Assembly: GCF_964213995.1 (NCBI RefSeq)
Contig: NC_135814.1
Span: forward strand, 57,288,001 to 57,352,000
DNA: 64,000 nucleotides
DNA from: Mustelus asterias
Taxonomy: Eukaryota
Reading direction: 5' to 3'
Shown here: positions 1-13,320 of the stretch, one piece after another
Layout of the letters: each line of letters starts with the position of its first letter
Position numbering within the stretch: position 1 is the first letter of the stretch
Program-made: the position numbers and the translations under genes
The notes under the pieces: generated by a model
Database searches by the model: none
What the model was told of the DNA's origin: nothing
The model's input: the letters and a program-made list of their open reading frames with translations, nothing else

Positions 1-1167
1 AACTTCATGTGTTTAAATATAGAGAGGCTCTTTGCTCCCATACCCAGCAAGAAAACATATTTTCAAGAAGTATGAGTCAGAGAATTGAGGCTATAGTGTT
101 ATAACCCTTCCTCTAACCCATACCTTCAGGAAGCAATCTGCCCTCAACTCCCCCATCCTGCTGCCAGCATTGGATCACAGAATTATATCTAGTTAAAAGT
201 GATTTGCAAATAATGTTTCCACATGTGGGGCTGAGCATAAACCAACTCCCAATCTATCAAGTCATTATCAGCAGGTGAAGCCACACATTGGTTATGTTCT
301 AATTATATTTTATGCAAGGGATAACAATGGGGCTGGATTCCTCTGACCATTGAGGTGGGTTCTTTCTGTAACACCAGTGGGAATCTGGATGAATGCCTTG
401 GAAATAGACTGGGACCTGGATAGAATAGGTTCCATTTCAACCAATACTGGATCACTGATGGGAAGGGATAGAGGCAAATGTGGCTGGGAGATGGAGCAGG
501 AAGTTCCTATGCTGTGAATTCCCTGTTCCCTGGTCATGCTGGATCAGACAAATGTCCAGAGATGAATTGCCCATTATATGTTTAAGTGGTTGCGTGATTA
601 CTTTAAGAGCTGGTCACATGATTTGATGGTGATGTCATTGGGAGTATTTCATTTTGCAAGAGCCCTATGAATAAATCTGTTGTTGTTAGTTTGAATATAC
701 ATGTACAAACCGTATCTTTTCTTTTTGTTTAAAACGTACAACTGCTAACATTGGTAGGATGTTACAAAAAAAGTTGTCACGCATTGGGCTCTTGTTTCAT
801 CGCGAACATCGAGAAAAGATCCTAAGAAGAAAATAACAACATCCTGGGTCCTCTCACTTCAAAAGTCAGAAGCTGAGGAAAATCCACAACAGGATTAAAG
901 ATTGAAGTGCCATTGGAGAAAGACCATGTAAGAAAACAAAGGATGGAAGCTGTCTGTGTGGTTTTAAAAGAAGGAGTTTTTCAATCAGAGAAGGGTGAGA
1001 TTCCAAACAGTATCTGGCATGTTTGAAAAAAGGGATACTTTGTTGTACAGCTGGGACCATTTGAGAAAGAAAATACATAATGTCAATGGGGTCCCCAGGG
1101 TAAAAAGGGAAGACAGTAAAAAATATATATATGGAGCAGTCTTGAGTCACTAGTGCTTGCAAGAGAA

Positions 1168-2600
1168 ATGGCAGGTCAATTAGCATCTATAAGCCCTTTC
1201 AGTGAAGAAAATAAATCATGGAGTGCCTATACCAAGCAGTTTCAGTACTTTGTGCAATCAAATAAAATTGCAGATGAGCTGTTCATACCAGTTTTTCTTA
1301 GCACACTCAGAAGTAAAACCTTCAATTTGCTCCAGAGCTTGGTTCCTCCAGCAAAGCCTGAAGCCAAAACTTATGACTTGACAAAGATCCTTGAAGAGCA
1401 TTACTCTCCAAAGCCATTGATCATCATGAAACGTTTCAGGTTCCACCAAAGGAATCAAGTGGAAGGCGGAAACATTCAGTTTGCGGCAACCTTAAAAAGG
1501 TTGGCACAACATTGTGAGTTTGGTGAGTCATTAGATGATTCTCTTTAAGATCATCTTGTTTGTGGACTCCAAAATGAAGCTATCCAAAGAAGATTGTTGA
1601 CAGAATATGCTTTAACTTTAAGGACAGCAGTAGGAATCGCAGTGTCAATGGAACTGGCTGCGAAAGAGGCTTCACAATTTGATTCAGGAATGAAGATCTA
1701 TAAGTTGGAACTGTCCTTTAGAGGTCAAAACAGCAACAAGCATGTTCCAGCATTTTAGTCTTCTTCTGCATTTTCTTTTGTATTTTTCCGAAAGTAGCCA
1801 CCATATAGAGTGATGGTTACAGTTTGATAGGCCTGAAGACGTCTTTGTAGCCATACATAGGTGAATTGTGTTTCTTGACTGTTTAAGCTGTTTACAAATA
1901 TACAGTAATGGGTACAAACTATGAATTGACTCCTTGCTTGCTGATACACATGGCTCTGTCTAACACTAGACAGACACTGGTTGCGGGTCATGTGCTCTCT
2001 TGCATCACTGTGTGGGTGGGACTGTACTCAGTATAACATTGACTGTATATGTGCTAGACCCTTGTACTACATTGACTGTGTTCCCCACGGGTGCCAAGCT
2101 ATTGTCAAGGGCCTTAAGCCTTAAGTCCCATCCTCATCCACTTCCTGTTCCAGAGAAAGCTTCTCCTTGTCTTTCCAACAGGGCAATGTAATATTCTAAC
2201 TATGCTGGGTTTGTGAGCTATAAACAAAAAGAAATAAAATGTCATTTGCACATGTAGATGCAAACTAACAACAACAGATTTAGTCTAGGAGGTCTTGCCT
2301 ACAAAATGAAACTAAAAGCAGGAGCTTGTGCAAAAATGGACCATTCAGCAAGTGAATGCTCAAGCAAGGATAGTCAATGCAAGAATTGTGAAAAAATGGG
2401 TCACATTGCAAAAGCTTGTTGGGCTAGACCAGCTTCCCCTGAGAATAATATTCAGCAGAAGAATCTGGGTACCTTCAAGAAGAAGCACAAGCTGCATTCT
2501 ACAAAAACACTTTACAACATGGAAGAAAATAATTATGACTGTGAAGAGAATGTCCAGAGATATGACAAAGAGCTCCAACTCGTGATCTTAACCATACAAT
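1168..2600 (+). pseudogene. gag: gag of Gypsy 1, interrupted by an inverted duplication at 1745-2330
   Basis: ORF 1153-1548 (WSAYTKQF...RFRFHQRNQ...LKRLAQHCEFGESL). Zinc knuckle CKNCEKMGHIAKAC in ORF 2258-2602. Confidence 0.88.
1745..2330 (-). repeat. Inverted copy of 5259-5840 inserted in gag
   Basis: The reverse complement aligns co-linearly with the end of the Gypsy 1 3' LTR, the spacer, and the Gypsy 2 5' LTR plus leader. Confidence 0.92.
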
Positions 2601-2609
2601 GAGAATCAC

Positions 2610-4870
2610 ATAGATTCTGGGTGATTCCAAAGTTAAGTGGGCAACATACTAGGATGGATGTTTATACTGATGCTGCTATATGTTTAATTCCTGAGACTAC
2701 ATACCAACGAAAGCTGAAGCATCTTCCTTTAAAACCAGCTGATGTGATTTTAATGACAAAGACAGAAGAGATTTTGCCGTTAAAAGTTACATCATGGTCA
2801 ATATAGAGTTGGGCGGACAAACAGCAGAGTTGTCTCTCCATGTGATGCATGGTAAGCTTCCAGCTCTATCTGGGAGATCATGGCTGGAGAAGATGCAGCT
2901 TAACTGGAATGCTGTCAACAGATTGGTTGATGTCAGAACAGACCTACAGCACCTTCTGGATAAATACAAGAGTGTATTCAGAGAGAAACTTGGCTCAGTG
3001 AAGGGAGTTCAAATGAACTCAAGATAAAGCCTCATAGTTAACCAAAAACCTCAAAGCAAGAGCAATTCGTCCCAAGGTCGAAGAAGAATTAGTATGAGTT
3101 GTTAACACTGGTGTGTTAGAGCCAATTATAATGGGTGACTGGACTACCCCCATCACATCTGTCATGAATCCAAATGGTTCAGTTTATATTTGTGGTGATT
3201 TTAAAACAACCATAAATCCAGTGTGTGCTGATCAATATCCACTTCCTTTAATTGAAGATTTGTTTGTTGGGTTATCAGATGGGTAGAAATTTAGCAAGAT
3301 TGTTCTTTCACATGAATGTAGCCACTGAATCTCATACATTGCTTACCATCATTACTCATAAAGGTCTTTTTTTGTGATAAAAGATTGCCTTTAGTAATAA
3401 CATCCATACCAGCCCTGTTCCAAAGATCAATGATTAGATTTTAAGTGGTATCTCTGGTGTACAATGTTAGCTGGATGATATTCTAATTACAGGCTCCAGT
3501 AAACAAGAGCGCTTGAATAATTAAGAAGGAACATTGGAGTGTCTTCAAACATGGTCTGTATATCAAGAAAGAAAAGTGTGACTTTTTCCAGATGTCAGTC
3601 CAGTATTTAGGTCACATTATCGATAGTAAAGGCCTACATAAAGCATCTAAAAATATGGAAGCTGTTTTATAAGCACCACATCTGATGAATGTGACACAAT
3701 TGAGGTCATTTCTAGGATTAGTAAATTATGATGGCAAATTTGTTCCTAACTTGGCTACATTATTGAAGCCATTTTATAATTTACTGTGTGAAATAGTCAT
3801 GGAACTAGACAACAGAATGTGAGAAAGCATATAAAGATGTCAAAGATGCTTTGCAGAGGTTTGAAGTATTGATTCATTTTAATCCAAAACTACCATTACT
3901 GCTTGCTTGCAATGCTGCATGTTATGGAGTAGGGGCAGTCGTTTCACATATCATGCCTTTGGGAAAGGAATGACTAATAATATTTGCTTCATGTACTCTG
4001 ACTAGTGCTGAATCTAACTATGTCCAGCAAGAAAAAGAAGCATTGAGTTTTACTTTTGGCATACAAAGGTTTCATCATTATTTATATGGCCATCATTTCA
4101 CCTTATTGACTGATCATGGACACTTAGCTACCATTTTTGGACCATTTAAAGGCATGAGTTTCTTAGCTACTAGCTGATGCAAAAATGGTCACTGGCATTA
4201 TCTGCACATTCCACTGCACACTATCATGCTAATGCGACTGCATTATCACCTTACCTTTACCCTTTGAGCAGATGTCAACAACTAGTTCTGCTGATATTCT
4301 TTATTTTTCACGAGTAGTAAATTTGCCTGTGACAACTTCTCAAGTTCAGAGACAAAACAGAAATGATCCCGTGATGGGGAAGGTGATGAATAAGGTATTG
4401 AAAGGAAAAATAGCTGGAACACATTGTAGGCATCCTGATTTAAAACCATATTTGTCATGAAAGCTTGAGTTGACCATCCATGGTGGGTGTCTATTGTGGG
4501 GAATCTGAGTGATTATTCCTCCTAGTCTGTGTGGAAGGGTTCTTGAGCAGCTAAATGAAGGATATCCTAGTATTGTCCGAATGAAGGAATTAACACACAG
4601 TTATTTTTGGTGGCCGGGTCTGGATGCTCAGATTGAAGAAAAAATGGGACAGTGTCAATCCTGTGCACAAATAAGAAATACAGCATTGTTGTTTCCTTTA
4701 TGCCCTTGGGAATGGCCTATATTGCCATGATAACAATTGCATGTAGATTTTGCTGGCCTGTTTGAGGGTGACATGTTCTTCGTCATAATTGATACACACT
4801 TAAAGTGGCTAGATGTTGTTATCATGAGATCTATTACAACTGAACAAACCATTGAAAAACTGGCAGAAAA
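2610..4870 (+). pseudogene. pol: pol of Gypsy 1 (protease-RT-RNase H-integrase), many stops and frameshifts
   Basis: Protease-like MDVYTDAA and LSGRSWL. RT motifs ICGDFK, YPLPLIEDLF and LDDILITG (~3190-3495). Integrase YFWWPGLD..C..C and HVDFAG. Confidence 0.88.
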
Positions 4871-6335
4871 TCCCACTCTTAGTTGAACCTGAGTTTCCTG
4901 GCGATTGTGTCTATGCCACATCAGAATGATGCAGAATTAATTCTAAGAGAAGAAGTGTCTACTGAAGTCCCAAATCATACTTCTAGGGTCAAGTATAGCC
5001 AAATTCCAGAACATTGTATACAACCAAACAGGAAAGTTGATCCTCCTAATCAACTTTCTTATGGTTATAATGTGTGTACAATGATTAATGATGCATAGTA
5101 CTGTGTCCAGAGTATTATTGATCCTATGTATAACATTGTAGTAATTTGTTTTCATGACCACAGAAGTAAAGGGGAAGGGATATTATATATTTAAGTGGTC
5201 ACATGATTGCTTTAAGAGCTGGTCACATGACTTGATGGTGATGTCATTGGGGGTGTTTCACAGGCTACTGCTTTTAGTTTCATTTTGTACGCAAGAGCTC
5301 CTAGAATAAATCTGTTCTTGTTAGTTTGCATCTACATGCAAATGACATGTTTTTTCTTTTTGTTTAAAGCTCACAAATCCAGCATAGTTAGAATATTACA
5401 TTGCCCTGTTGGAAAGGAAAGAAGGTTTCTCTGGAACAGGAAGTGGATGAGGGTGGGATTTAAGGCCCCCCCTCCCTTGACAATGGCTCGGCACCCGTGG
5501 GCTAACATAGTCAATATAGTACAAGGGTCTGGCACATATACAGTTAATATTATTCTGAGTACAGCCCCACCCACACAGTGATACAAGAGAGCACATGACC
5601 GGTAACCAGTGTCTGTCTAGTGTTAGACAGAGCCGTGTGTATCAGCAAGCATGGAGTCAACTCATAGTTTGTACCCGTTACTGCATATTTGTAAATAGCT
5701 TAAAGAGTCAATAAACACAATTAACCTATATATGGCTACAAAGACCTCTTCAGTCCTGTCAAACTGTAACCAACACTCTACAACTGCTGCTTATGGAAAA
5801 AAAACCCCAAAAAATGCAGAAAAAAACTAAAATGCTGAAAGACTGAAAAAGAATTCAGGAAAGCAATTTGACATGAGAAGAAGCCAGAGAAACAAAGGTG
5901 CCGCAAAAAATTCTAAAAATCTCTAAAGAAAAGCTTAGAAACTGGACACCAAAATTTAAAATTTCTTCCTGCAGTAGAAGATTCCATTGCATCTCCTTTG
6001 GAACTCCAGCTTCTGATCCCAGAATGGAATCAGCAGACCAAGTAAGGGTGAGTTAAATCTTTTAAAATTCCAGGCTACAGCAAATCCTGCAAAATCTTTA
6101 AATAATTCAGAGCCAGAAGTACAGTTCAAAAAAACCCATTGCCAAAACCCTTGAGTTGGCACCTGACACATGGCATCCAAGCTAGGACCAAAATGGAAAA
6201 AAAATCAATTCATTATTCTGGGAGAATTGTAACTTCTAAACACAGCTGAGAGAAGGCAAAAAAACCAGGAATCAACAAATTTACGATTTTCAAGTAAAGC
6301 ACAAGAATGGTGCAGACAGTCAATCCAGACAGACA

Positions 6336-7342
6336 TTAGAGTCATAGAGGTTTACAGCATGGAAACAGTCCCTTCGGCCCAACTTGTCCATGCCGCCCTT
6401 TTTTTAAAAAAAACCCTAAGCTAATCCCAATTGCCCGCATTTGGCCCATATCCCTCTATACCCATGTAACTATCTAAATGCTTTTTAAAATATAAAATTG
6501 TACCCGCCTCTACTACTACCTCTGGCAGCTTGTTCCAGACACTCACCACCCCCTGTGTGAAAAAATTGCCCCTTTGAACACTTTTGTATCTCTCCCCTCT
6601 CACCTTAAACCTATGCCCTCTAGTTTTAGACTCCCCTATCTTTGGGAAAAGATATTGACTATCTACCTTGTCTATGCCCCTCATTATTTTATAGACCTCT
6701 ATAAGGTCACCCCGCAGCCTCCTACGCTCCAGGTAAAAAAGTCCCAGTCTACCCAGCCTCTCCTTATAACTCAATCCATCAAGTCCCGGTAGCATCCTAG
6801 TAAATCTTTTCTGCACTCTTTCTAGTTTAATAATATCCTTTCTATAATAGGGTGACCAGAATTGCACACAGTATTCCAAGTGTGGCCTTACCAATGTCTT
6901 GTACAACTTTAACAAGACGTCCCAACTCCTGTATTCAATGTTCTGACTGATGAAACCAAGCATGCTGAATGCCTTCTTCACCACTCTGTCCACCTGTGAC
7001 TCCACTTTCAAGGAGCTATGAACATGTACCCCTAGATCTCTTTGTTCTGTAACTCTCCCCAACGCCCTACCATTAACTGAGTAAGTCCTGGCCTGGTTCA
7101 ATCTGTCAAAATGCATCGCCTCACATTTGTCTAAATTAAACTCCATCTGCCATTCATCAGCCCACTTGCCCAATTGATCAAGATCCCGTTGCAATTGGAG
7201 ATAACTTTCTTCACTGTCCACTATGCCACCAATTTTGGTGTCATCTGCAAACTTACTAACTATGCCCCCTATATTCTCATCCAAATCATTAATATAAATG
7301 ACAAATAACAGTGGGCCCAGCACTGATCCCTGAGGCACACCG
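6336..7342 (-). mobile_element. CR1 LINE 3' fragment (RT C-terminal half), nested in Gypsy 2
   Basis: ORF 6421-7446: GVPQGSVLGPLLF, FADDTK, LVRPHLEYCVQFWSP. CR1 3' UTR and tail. Confidence 0.95.
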
Positions 7343-7851
7343 CATTGTTGAATATTTTTTTCAAGCACAATCACCATTTTAGTGGAGCCTGTCAAAACCA
7401 ACAAGTGTGGGAAATCCCTTTGCCTCCAAGTGAATGATGATGCCATCTTGAAATTTAGAAAGCTCTGAAAGCAGCACCTACAATTTTAACAATTCCATAC
7501 TTCCAAATCAGTTTGGACTAATCCAAGGTCAAACTCAATCATATAATCATATAATTGGAGGAAAATATTCCAAAAAACAGCATCACTTCAGGTTTAGACA
7601 AAAAACAAAGCAGAAAAGGTTAACACATTGCTTTACTCAGTAGGCCAAATTGCGGATGATATTATTGCAAGACAGGAAATCAATGAATCATCTGCTAAAC
7701 TTAAATCTTGCAACATTTATTTCAATCTAAGAAGCAATGACATATTCAAAAGGGCTAAATTTAACAAGTGAGTTAAGAAGCCAGGAGAATCTGTTGATTT
7801 ATTTACCAATGATCAGTATTGGATGGCAGAATGTTGTGAATACAGAGACTT

Positions 7852-7961
7852 AGGGTGGGATTTTACGGCCTTACTCGTCCCAAAACCATAAACTCCCACC
7901 CAAGGTCAACAGACCTTTTCATGCTCCGCCCCTCATCCGCTTCGATTCCCGTGGCGGGCGG
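7852..7961. mobile_element. Short Harbinger-type MITE (partial)
   Basis: GGGTGGGATTTTACGGCC terminus. Same family as 8334, 36330, 40598 and 42227. Interrupts gag. Confidence 0.7.
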
Positions 7962-8333
7962 TCAGAGACAGAATAGTGGTAGGAGTAGCGAACAATACAC
8001 TCTCTGACCTCATGCAAGCAAAGGAAGATCCAAGCCTGGAAAAAGCAATCTGAATAGTTAGGCAGTCAGAACTCTGTGAGCAGCACAGAACCATTTTAAG
8101 GGGAGAGAATAAACTGTGATGCAGAGGCCAACCCACAGTTCAGTTAGTGAAGCAACAGAGATATAGAGACATCCCAGACCAGGTTAAACAAGCCAGCCAG
8201 CAGAGTGCCAATACTGTGGAGCAAAGTGCCCCCACAGGCAAGTTCAACATCGTGCAATTTCAGCCAAACGCTTTCAGTGCAACAGGATTGGACACTACTG
8301 CAAACTGTACTGGGCAAAAACTCTGAAACACAC

Positions 8334-8463
8334 GGGGGGTGGAATTTTATGGCCTCGTTCATCCCAAAACCATAAAATCCCACCCAAGGGCAACGGACCT
8401 TCCCATTGTCCACCCTACATCCACTCTGATTCCCGCGTCAAGCGGGGCAGTAAAATTCCAACC
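8334..8463. mobile_element. Short Harbinger-type MITE
   Basis: TIR-like ends GGTGGAATTTTA ... TAAAATTCCAACC. Inserted between gag and protease. Confidence 0.72.
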
Positions 8464-10217
8464 AATAAGTCCAAAGATTATCCATGAGGTCGAGACTGCA
8501 AACCCAGTGAACTCAAAAGATCTTGGTTTCTCATTTTGGAACCTGAATATTTCAGTCAATGGCCATTTAACAAATTTTAAATTAGATACAGGAGCCAGCA
8601 TAACAGTTCTGTCAGACAAAGAGCCATGAAAGAGCTCCGGCTTCAAACAACAGACACACCACTCTATGTACCTGGAGGAATCTGATTCTAGACAGTATGG
8701 CAACAAATAGATCTTCAAGCTGATCTACGTCATCTGTAACCAATCTTTCTCCCTCTTGAGCAGAGATCCCTGTGTACCCCTGGATCTCCTCAATCTGGCA
8801 GAAGATGGCAGAGACATTCTCATTAATTAAATAGAATTGCAAGCTCCCAAGTCCTCAAACAAAAAAAGAGTTTTGTGACTGGGACTCCAGCTCTGAACTG
8901 TCTTCTCTCTTTGTGGAGAAGATTTGACCATTCTCTTTACAGATGCTGGAAAACCTACAATGGTCAGACCAGCCATCCAGAGGGAGCCATAGTGCCTTAA
9001 GTGGAGGATGTAAGGGAGAGCGACCAGCAGTCTGATGAATTTCTACCTCTGGCTCTGATGATGGCACAGCAAATCAACGCAGCAACCACTGAAAATACGC
9101 TTAAACTCCCAGTCAACATTGCCAAAGCTACAGAAGATGCTGGAAGCTGGTAGCAGCTGTCCATTGGCGACAGTGAAACGCCGCGGTGAGCGTTACACTG
9201 AACCTCATTCTAGTCACAGGAATGCTCATCCTCCACCACAGAGGACATCACCACAACCCATGATGGAAGAAGTGAAAGAAATGACAAGGAGATGAGTACA
9301 ACATTTGTTCACCCCACAAAAAACGAGTTTTGTAGCAACCACCAACCAACACAACAGCCGAAATGACCAAGTCCTGTTCAACATGAAAGAATGGAAGAAA
9401 AGGATGAAAATACACCCAGATTCCAGAACTACCTCCAAACCTACAGGAAGAACCAACAGCATCAGAGCCTATCAATCCTCCCACATTGGTGCAAATGAGA
9501 TATGGAAGGGTTATAAGGCCTCCAGACCACCTGAAACTTTGAATTCAAAGGCTCGAAGGGGGGAGATGGGATAACGATAATGACAATATAAATGTATGAT
9601 GCTAACAACAATGTGGGACATAAGGTAAACTATAATCATTTAAACTACATCGGGTAGGGATGTGGGGAGGTGTAGTATAAGGGCCTGGGACATATAGGGT
9701 TAATGTGGGACTGAGTAAAGTGCCCATACAGTGATGTGAGCAAGCATATGACCCAAAACCAGAGTCAGTGGAGTGTTGAACAGAGCCGTGTGTACCAGCC
9801 AGCATGGAGACAGCTCCTCGCTTGTACCCTTTACAGTATATTTGTAAATAGTTCTGAGAGTTAATTAAAACTTAGTTTATCTGCGAATGATTACAAAAAC
9901 TTCTACTGACCAACCAAACTGTAACCAACAACCTACAACATAGTGGCAGCTTTTTGTGCCTGTATTATTTGTGAGATAATGAAAGTATAAATTTAAATTT
10001 ATGATTTTATAACTTTATACATATAGAAAATATCTCCAGAGTTCAAAAACCATGTGTGTAACAAAAGAAAATAATTTTTTCCCCACTTACTTCAATGATT
10101 GATCATTTTAATATATGACCAAAGGATTAGACAAGATTCTGTCATATAAATAAAGCAATGGACTAGGTAAACAGAAGAAGCAAAACCAAAATACTGTAAT
10201 GTTAATGCAGATAATGA

Positions 10218-10547
10218 TGTGGAGATGCCGGCGTTGGACTGGGGTAAACCAGAAACTGGTTATCAGCCAGTTTCACTGGCTGTCTTGTCTGGAGACAATA
10301 CACATCTTTTTAGCCTGTCTTGATGCTCTCTCCACTCCCATTGTTTTGTTTCTTAAAGACTGGATTAGTTGTAAGTATTCGCATTCCAACCATTATTCAT
10401 GTAAATTGAGTCTGTGTCTTATAAGTTCTGTTTGTGAACAGAATTCCCACTCACCTGAAGAAGGGGCTCAGAGCCTCGAAAGCTTGTGTGGCTTTTGCTA
10501 CCAAATAAACCTGTTGGACTTTAACCTGGTGTTGTTAAACTTCTTAC
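10218..10547. mobile_element. Penelope-like element, short pLTR insertion
   Basis: 14-bp TSD AATGCAGATAATGA (10204-10217, 10548-10561). Inverted ~35-nt tail plus pLTR homologous to 15280-15550. Confidence 0.9.
10447..10491 (+). ncRNA. Minimal hammerhead ribozyme motif in PLE pLTR
   Basis: CTGAAGA - stem II GGGGC/GCCTC - GAAA - palindromic AGCT. PLE pLTRs are known to carry such motifs. Confidence 0.7.
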
Positions 10548-11059
10548 AATGCAGATAATGACAGCATTCCCAATCTGAATTTAAGCTTGCGGACTGTTAT
10601 AAACAACCTTTGGTTAGCATTTGATATACTGACTAGGGGCGATTAAAATCCAGTAATCTGATCAAAGATTTCTGGCAATGTAACTGCAGGGTTCCATCTT
10701 AAATGGTTCACATCAGCTAACATTCAAAAGCTTTTCAAAGGTGCCTATTTGCGTCCAAAGGAAGAGTTTATTTTTAAGAGCCCCCTGGAAAGGCCACAAG
10801 CGGAAAGTCACAATGGTGATGAACTCAATCTGGGGACATGATCCTAATCTGGATTGTGGATGGAGGTAAACTTCCAGTGTGTTGTTTTTCCAAAAGGTTT
10901 TGCGCTTAATTTGCGCTTATTGTTATACGCTGATTTGACCGCGGTTGCGCAAGTTATTCAGCACTAGCTCGCCGAAACTCTCCGCCACAATTGGAACTTC
11001 ATCCCAATGGTTTCCTGGGCTTATCTAGTGAGCAGTTGTGCTTTGTAGAACAGGATGGT

Positions 11060-11420
11060 ATCAGGTGCAGTCCGTTGTCTGTGCTACTGATCTCAGCTGA
11101 GTGCTGGTCACAACGCGATAATTGTCCTCTATTTCTGGATTAGGAAAGGGAACATCAGCCAGGGGTTCTGTCAATGATCCCTGTCCCTGGCGGACCCAAA
11201 TGAAAGTGTGCACATGTGGACTGTGCGAAAACAGCACAGACCCAAGGTCACCTGTAAAAAAAAACACCCTGTGATCGGATTGCGATGGTGAAAGATTCAT
11301 TGGTTATCAAGCTTTTCTTATGAAAATAGTGATCACTGGGTGAGGAATTGCAGATAGTCTGATACCGGTGAAATCGTAGTCCAACAAATAAAACAGATAC
11401 CGACATGGAAGAAAACCTGA
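11060..11420 (+). mobile_element. Old chondrichthyan SINE-like repeat, degenerate
   Basis: Motifs GATCTCAGCTG, GGAACATCAGCCAGGGGTTC and GAAAGTGTGCAC..GTGGAC resemble a common shark SINE as recalled. Not verified. Confidence 0.45.
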
Positions 11421-13320
11421 AAGAAAAACGAAGTGAATGGAAATCTGAATAATGAGTATGTCAATTTAATCTAGTTTCACAGATTCATCAACCAATCAAT
11501 AAGCCCCACCCCATATTTGAGGTAATTTAGGAACAGTGAGCATTTTGAACAAAAGAAAAAAATACATAATCATTAGAGGAATCCTGGTGACTATAATTTC
11601 AGCTGACCACATAAATTTGCATTTATATTGCATGTTTCACCTCAGCGCTTTGCAGCCACTTTTCTTTGAAGCCTACTCACTGTTGTACTGTAGGAAACAT
11701 TTTTTAAAAATCTGTCACGATATCATTTCAGTGATTGGTCATTTTTTGTTAGAGATTTACTTTAGTGGCGTTTTCTTAAAAACGGAATGGTACCGGGGAA
11801 AGCGGCATTATAGCCAAGGCCGGCTGTAATAAATAATCTACACAGACTGTAGCAATGTAAACCATACCTGAAGTTGACTGCCACTGGGTATGGACAATTC
11901 TAAAGAACTTTGCGAAATATGCGAAGGATAAACAACAAATTGGATACACACATTGCAGCACTGTACAGTGTCAGGAGTGTAACAGTTACACCTCCAATGG
12001 TGTAAAACTCATTTGAAATTTTACTCAAATTAATCTGAGCGAGTTTTCATAAATCAGTCTCACTGATCCTTTAACCGTGCGTGCTGGGCATACTTGTTCC
12101 ACATGTTTACAGAATAATGGTGGGAATTTAAGGCAATGCTGTTTATTTATTGAATTTTTCTCTTCCCTACTTACAATATTTTCCCCATGTCCCATTAGCA
12201 TCTGATGTAGTTCATTATACGCCCATGGCTATTCACTGACTTGTCTTTAACCTATTTTGCGTTTAAAAAATAAATCCTACAAATATTATATTTATATTCC
12301 CGAATTATTTGGCACCAAAAGTTACCAAAAATTAACGGCATTGAAAATGAATGCCCCAGAATTTCACAGTAATGGGGTTTAAAGTATTCTTTCATGGAAT
12401 GGTAGAGGCGTTGATTTAATGCACGGATAAAATGAAGAGTAGATTCATTGTTATGGCCAGTTTTTGGAGATAGATTATTTCATACCATTTTCATCCCTAA
12501 GTGTTCGGCAGAAAATAAAAACAAATGTAAATAACAACTTATAAATTCTGTACACTAGGTGGCTCTGCAGTACTCTTTGCCCTTCACAATGCCCTCTCCA
12601 AGTATTCGAGAATATTAGGTATAAAAGCCAAATATTAGACAATAATGTTGGTACTATTCCCTCTAAAGGATATTAATTCCCGTTATTAGATATGTGCCTT
12701 TCTAAGTAAACTTAACCCAAACCTGATTTCTTTTTGTCATCCACTCTGTGATTATTCACACACATTTACAACATCATTGGACCACATGAGAAGAAATCTG
12801 TTACAGAAATATAGAATATTTAAAGAAAGCTATTTTGCATGAAACATATAAATTGGTCTATTAAAGAGCAGTCACTGCTTAATGCAGATTATTATTTACC
12901 CAGCATCTGTTCCAGTGTTACATCTGTTAATTGGGATAAAAATACTTGTTAAATATTCACAAAACTGGTTAATGCTTAACATCAAGATAGGTCACATGCT
13001 ATCTGATTTTCTTAATCCCATGATTTATAACCCACTTTTCCTCTCCATTCATGATCAGTGATCAAAAGCTCCCAATAAAGATTCTAGATTCTTTAATAAT
13101 TCCCTGTGAGCTGGAGTCCAATAGCGATGCTCCCAAAGAGCTCTAGTCTATTGGAGATAGCTGTGCTGCAGACACTGTAATCATTTTGCTAAATGTGAAA
13201 ATAAATATAAGATAGCCCATAATAACATTTTGTTTTTAATTCAATAGCTTGACTTTGTAAGTCAGCTCTTCCCTGACTATTTTCATAGAAGCATAGAATA
13301 ATGAAGAGGCAATTCAGCCT

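Larger units (their letters stand above)
572..5400 (+). mobile_element. Gypsy/Ty3 LTR retrotransposon 1, full-length but decayed
   Basis: LTRs at 572-766 and 5181-5400. 5-bp TSD TTGCC at 567-571 and 5401-5405. PPT AAAGGGGAAGGGA before 5181. Gag, protease, RT, RNase H and integrase remnants occur in Gypsy order. Confidence 0.93.
5515..9940 (+). mobile_element. Gypsy LTR element 2 (gag-protease, no RT/RNase H)
   Basis: Related LTRs at 5515-~5783 and 9671-9940. Gag (VNTLLYSVG, RAKFNK, AECCEY, RDRIVVGV, CFQCNRIGH). Protease FKLDTGASIT at ~8575. Integrase-tail motif RYGRVIRPPDHL at ~9498-9535. Purine tracts at ~9557 and ~9652. Confidence 0.8.

Noticed and set aside
6421-7446. 341-aa RT-like gene
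   Set aside because: Truncated CR1 ORF2 fused by chance to antisense Gypsy sequence.
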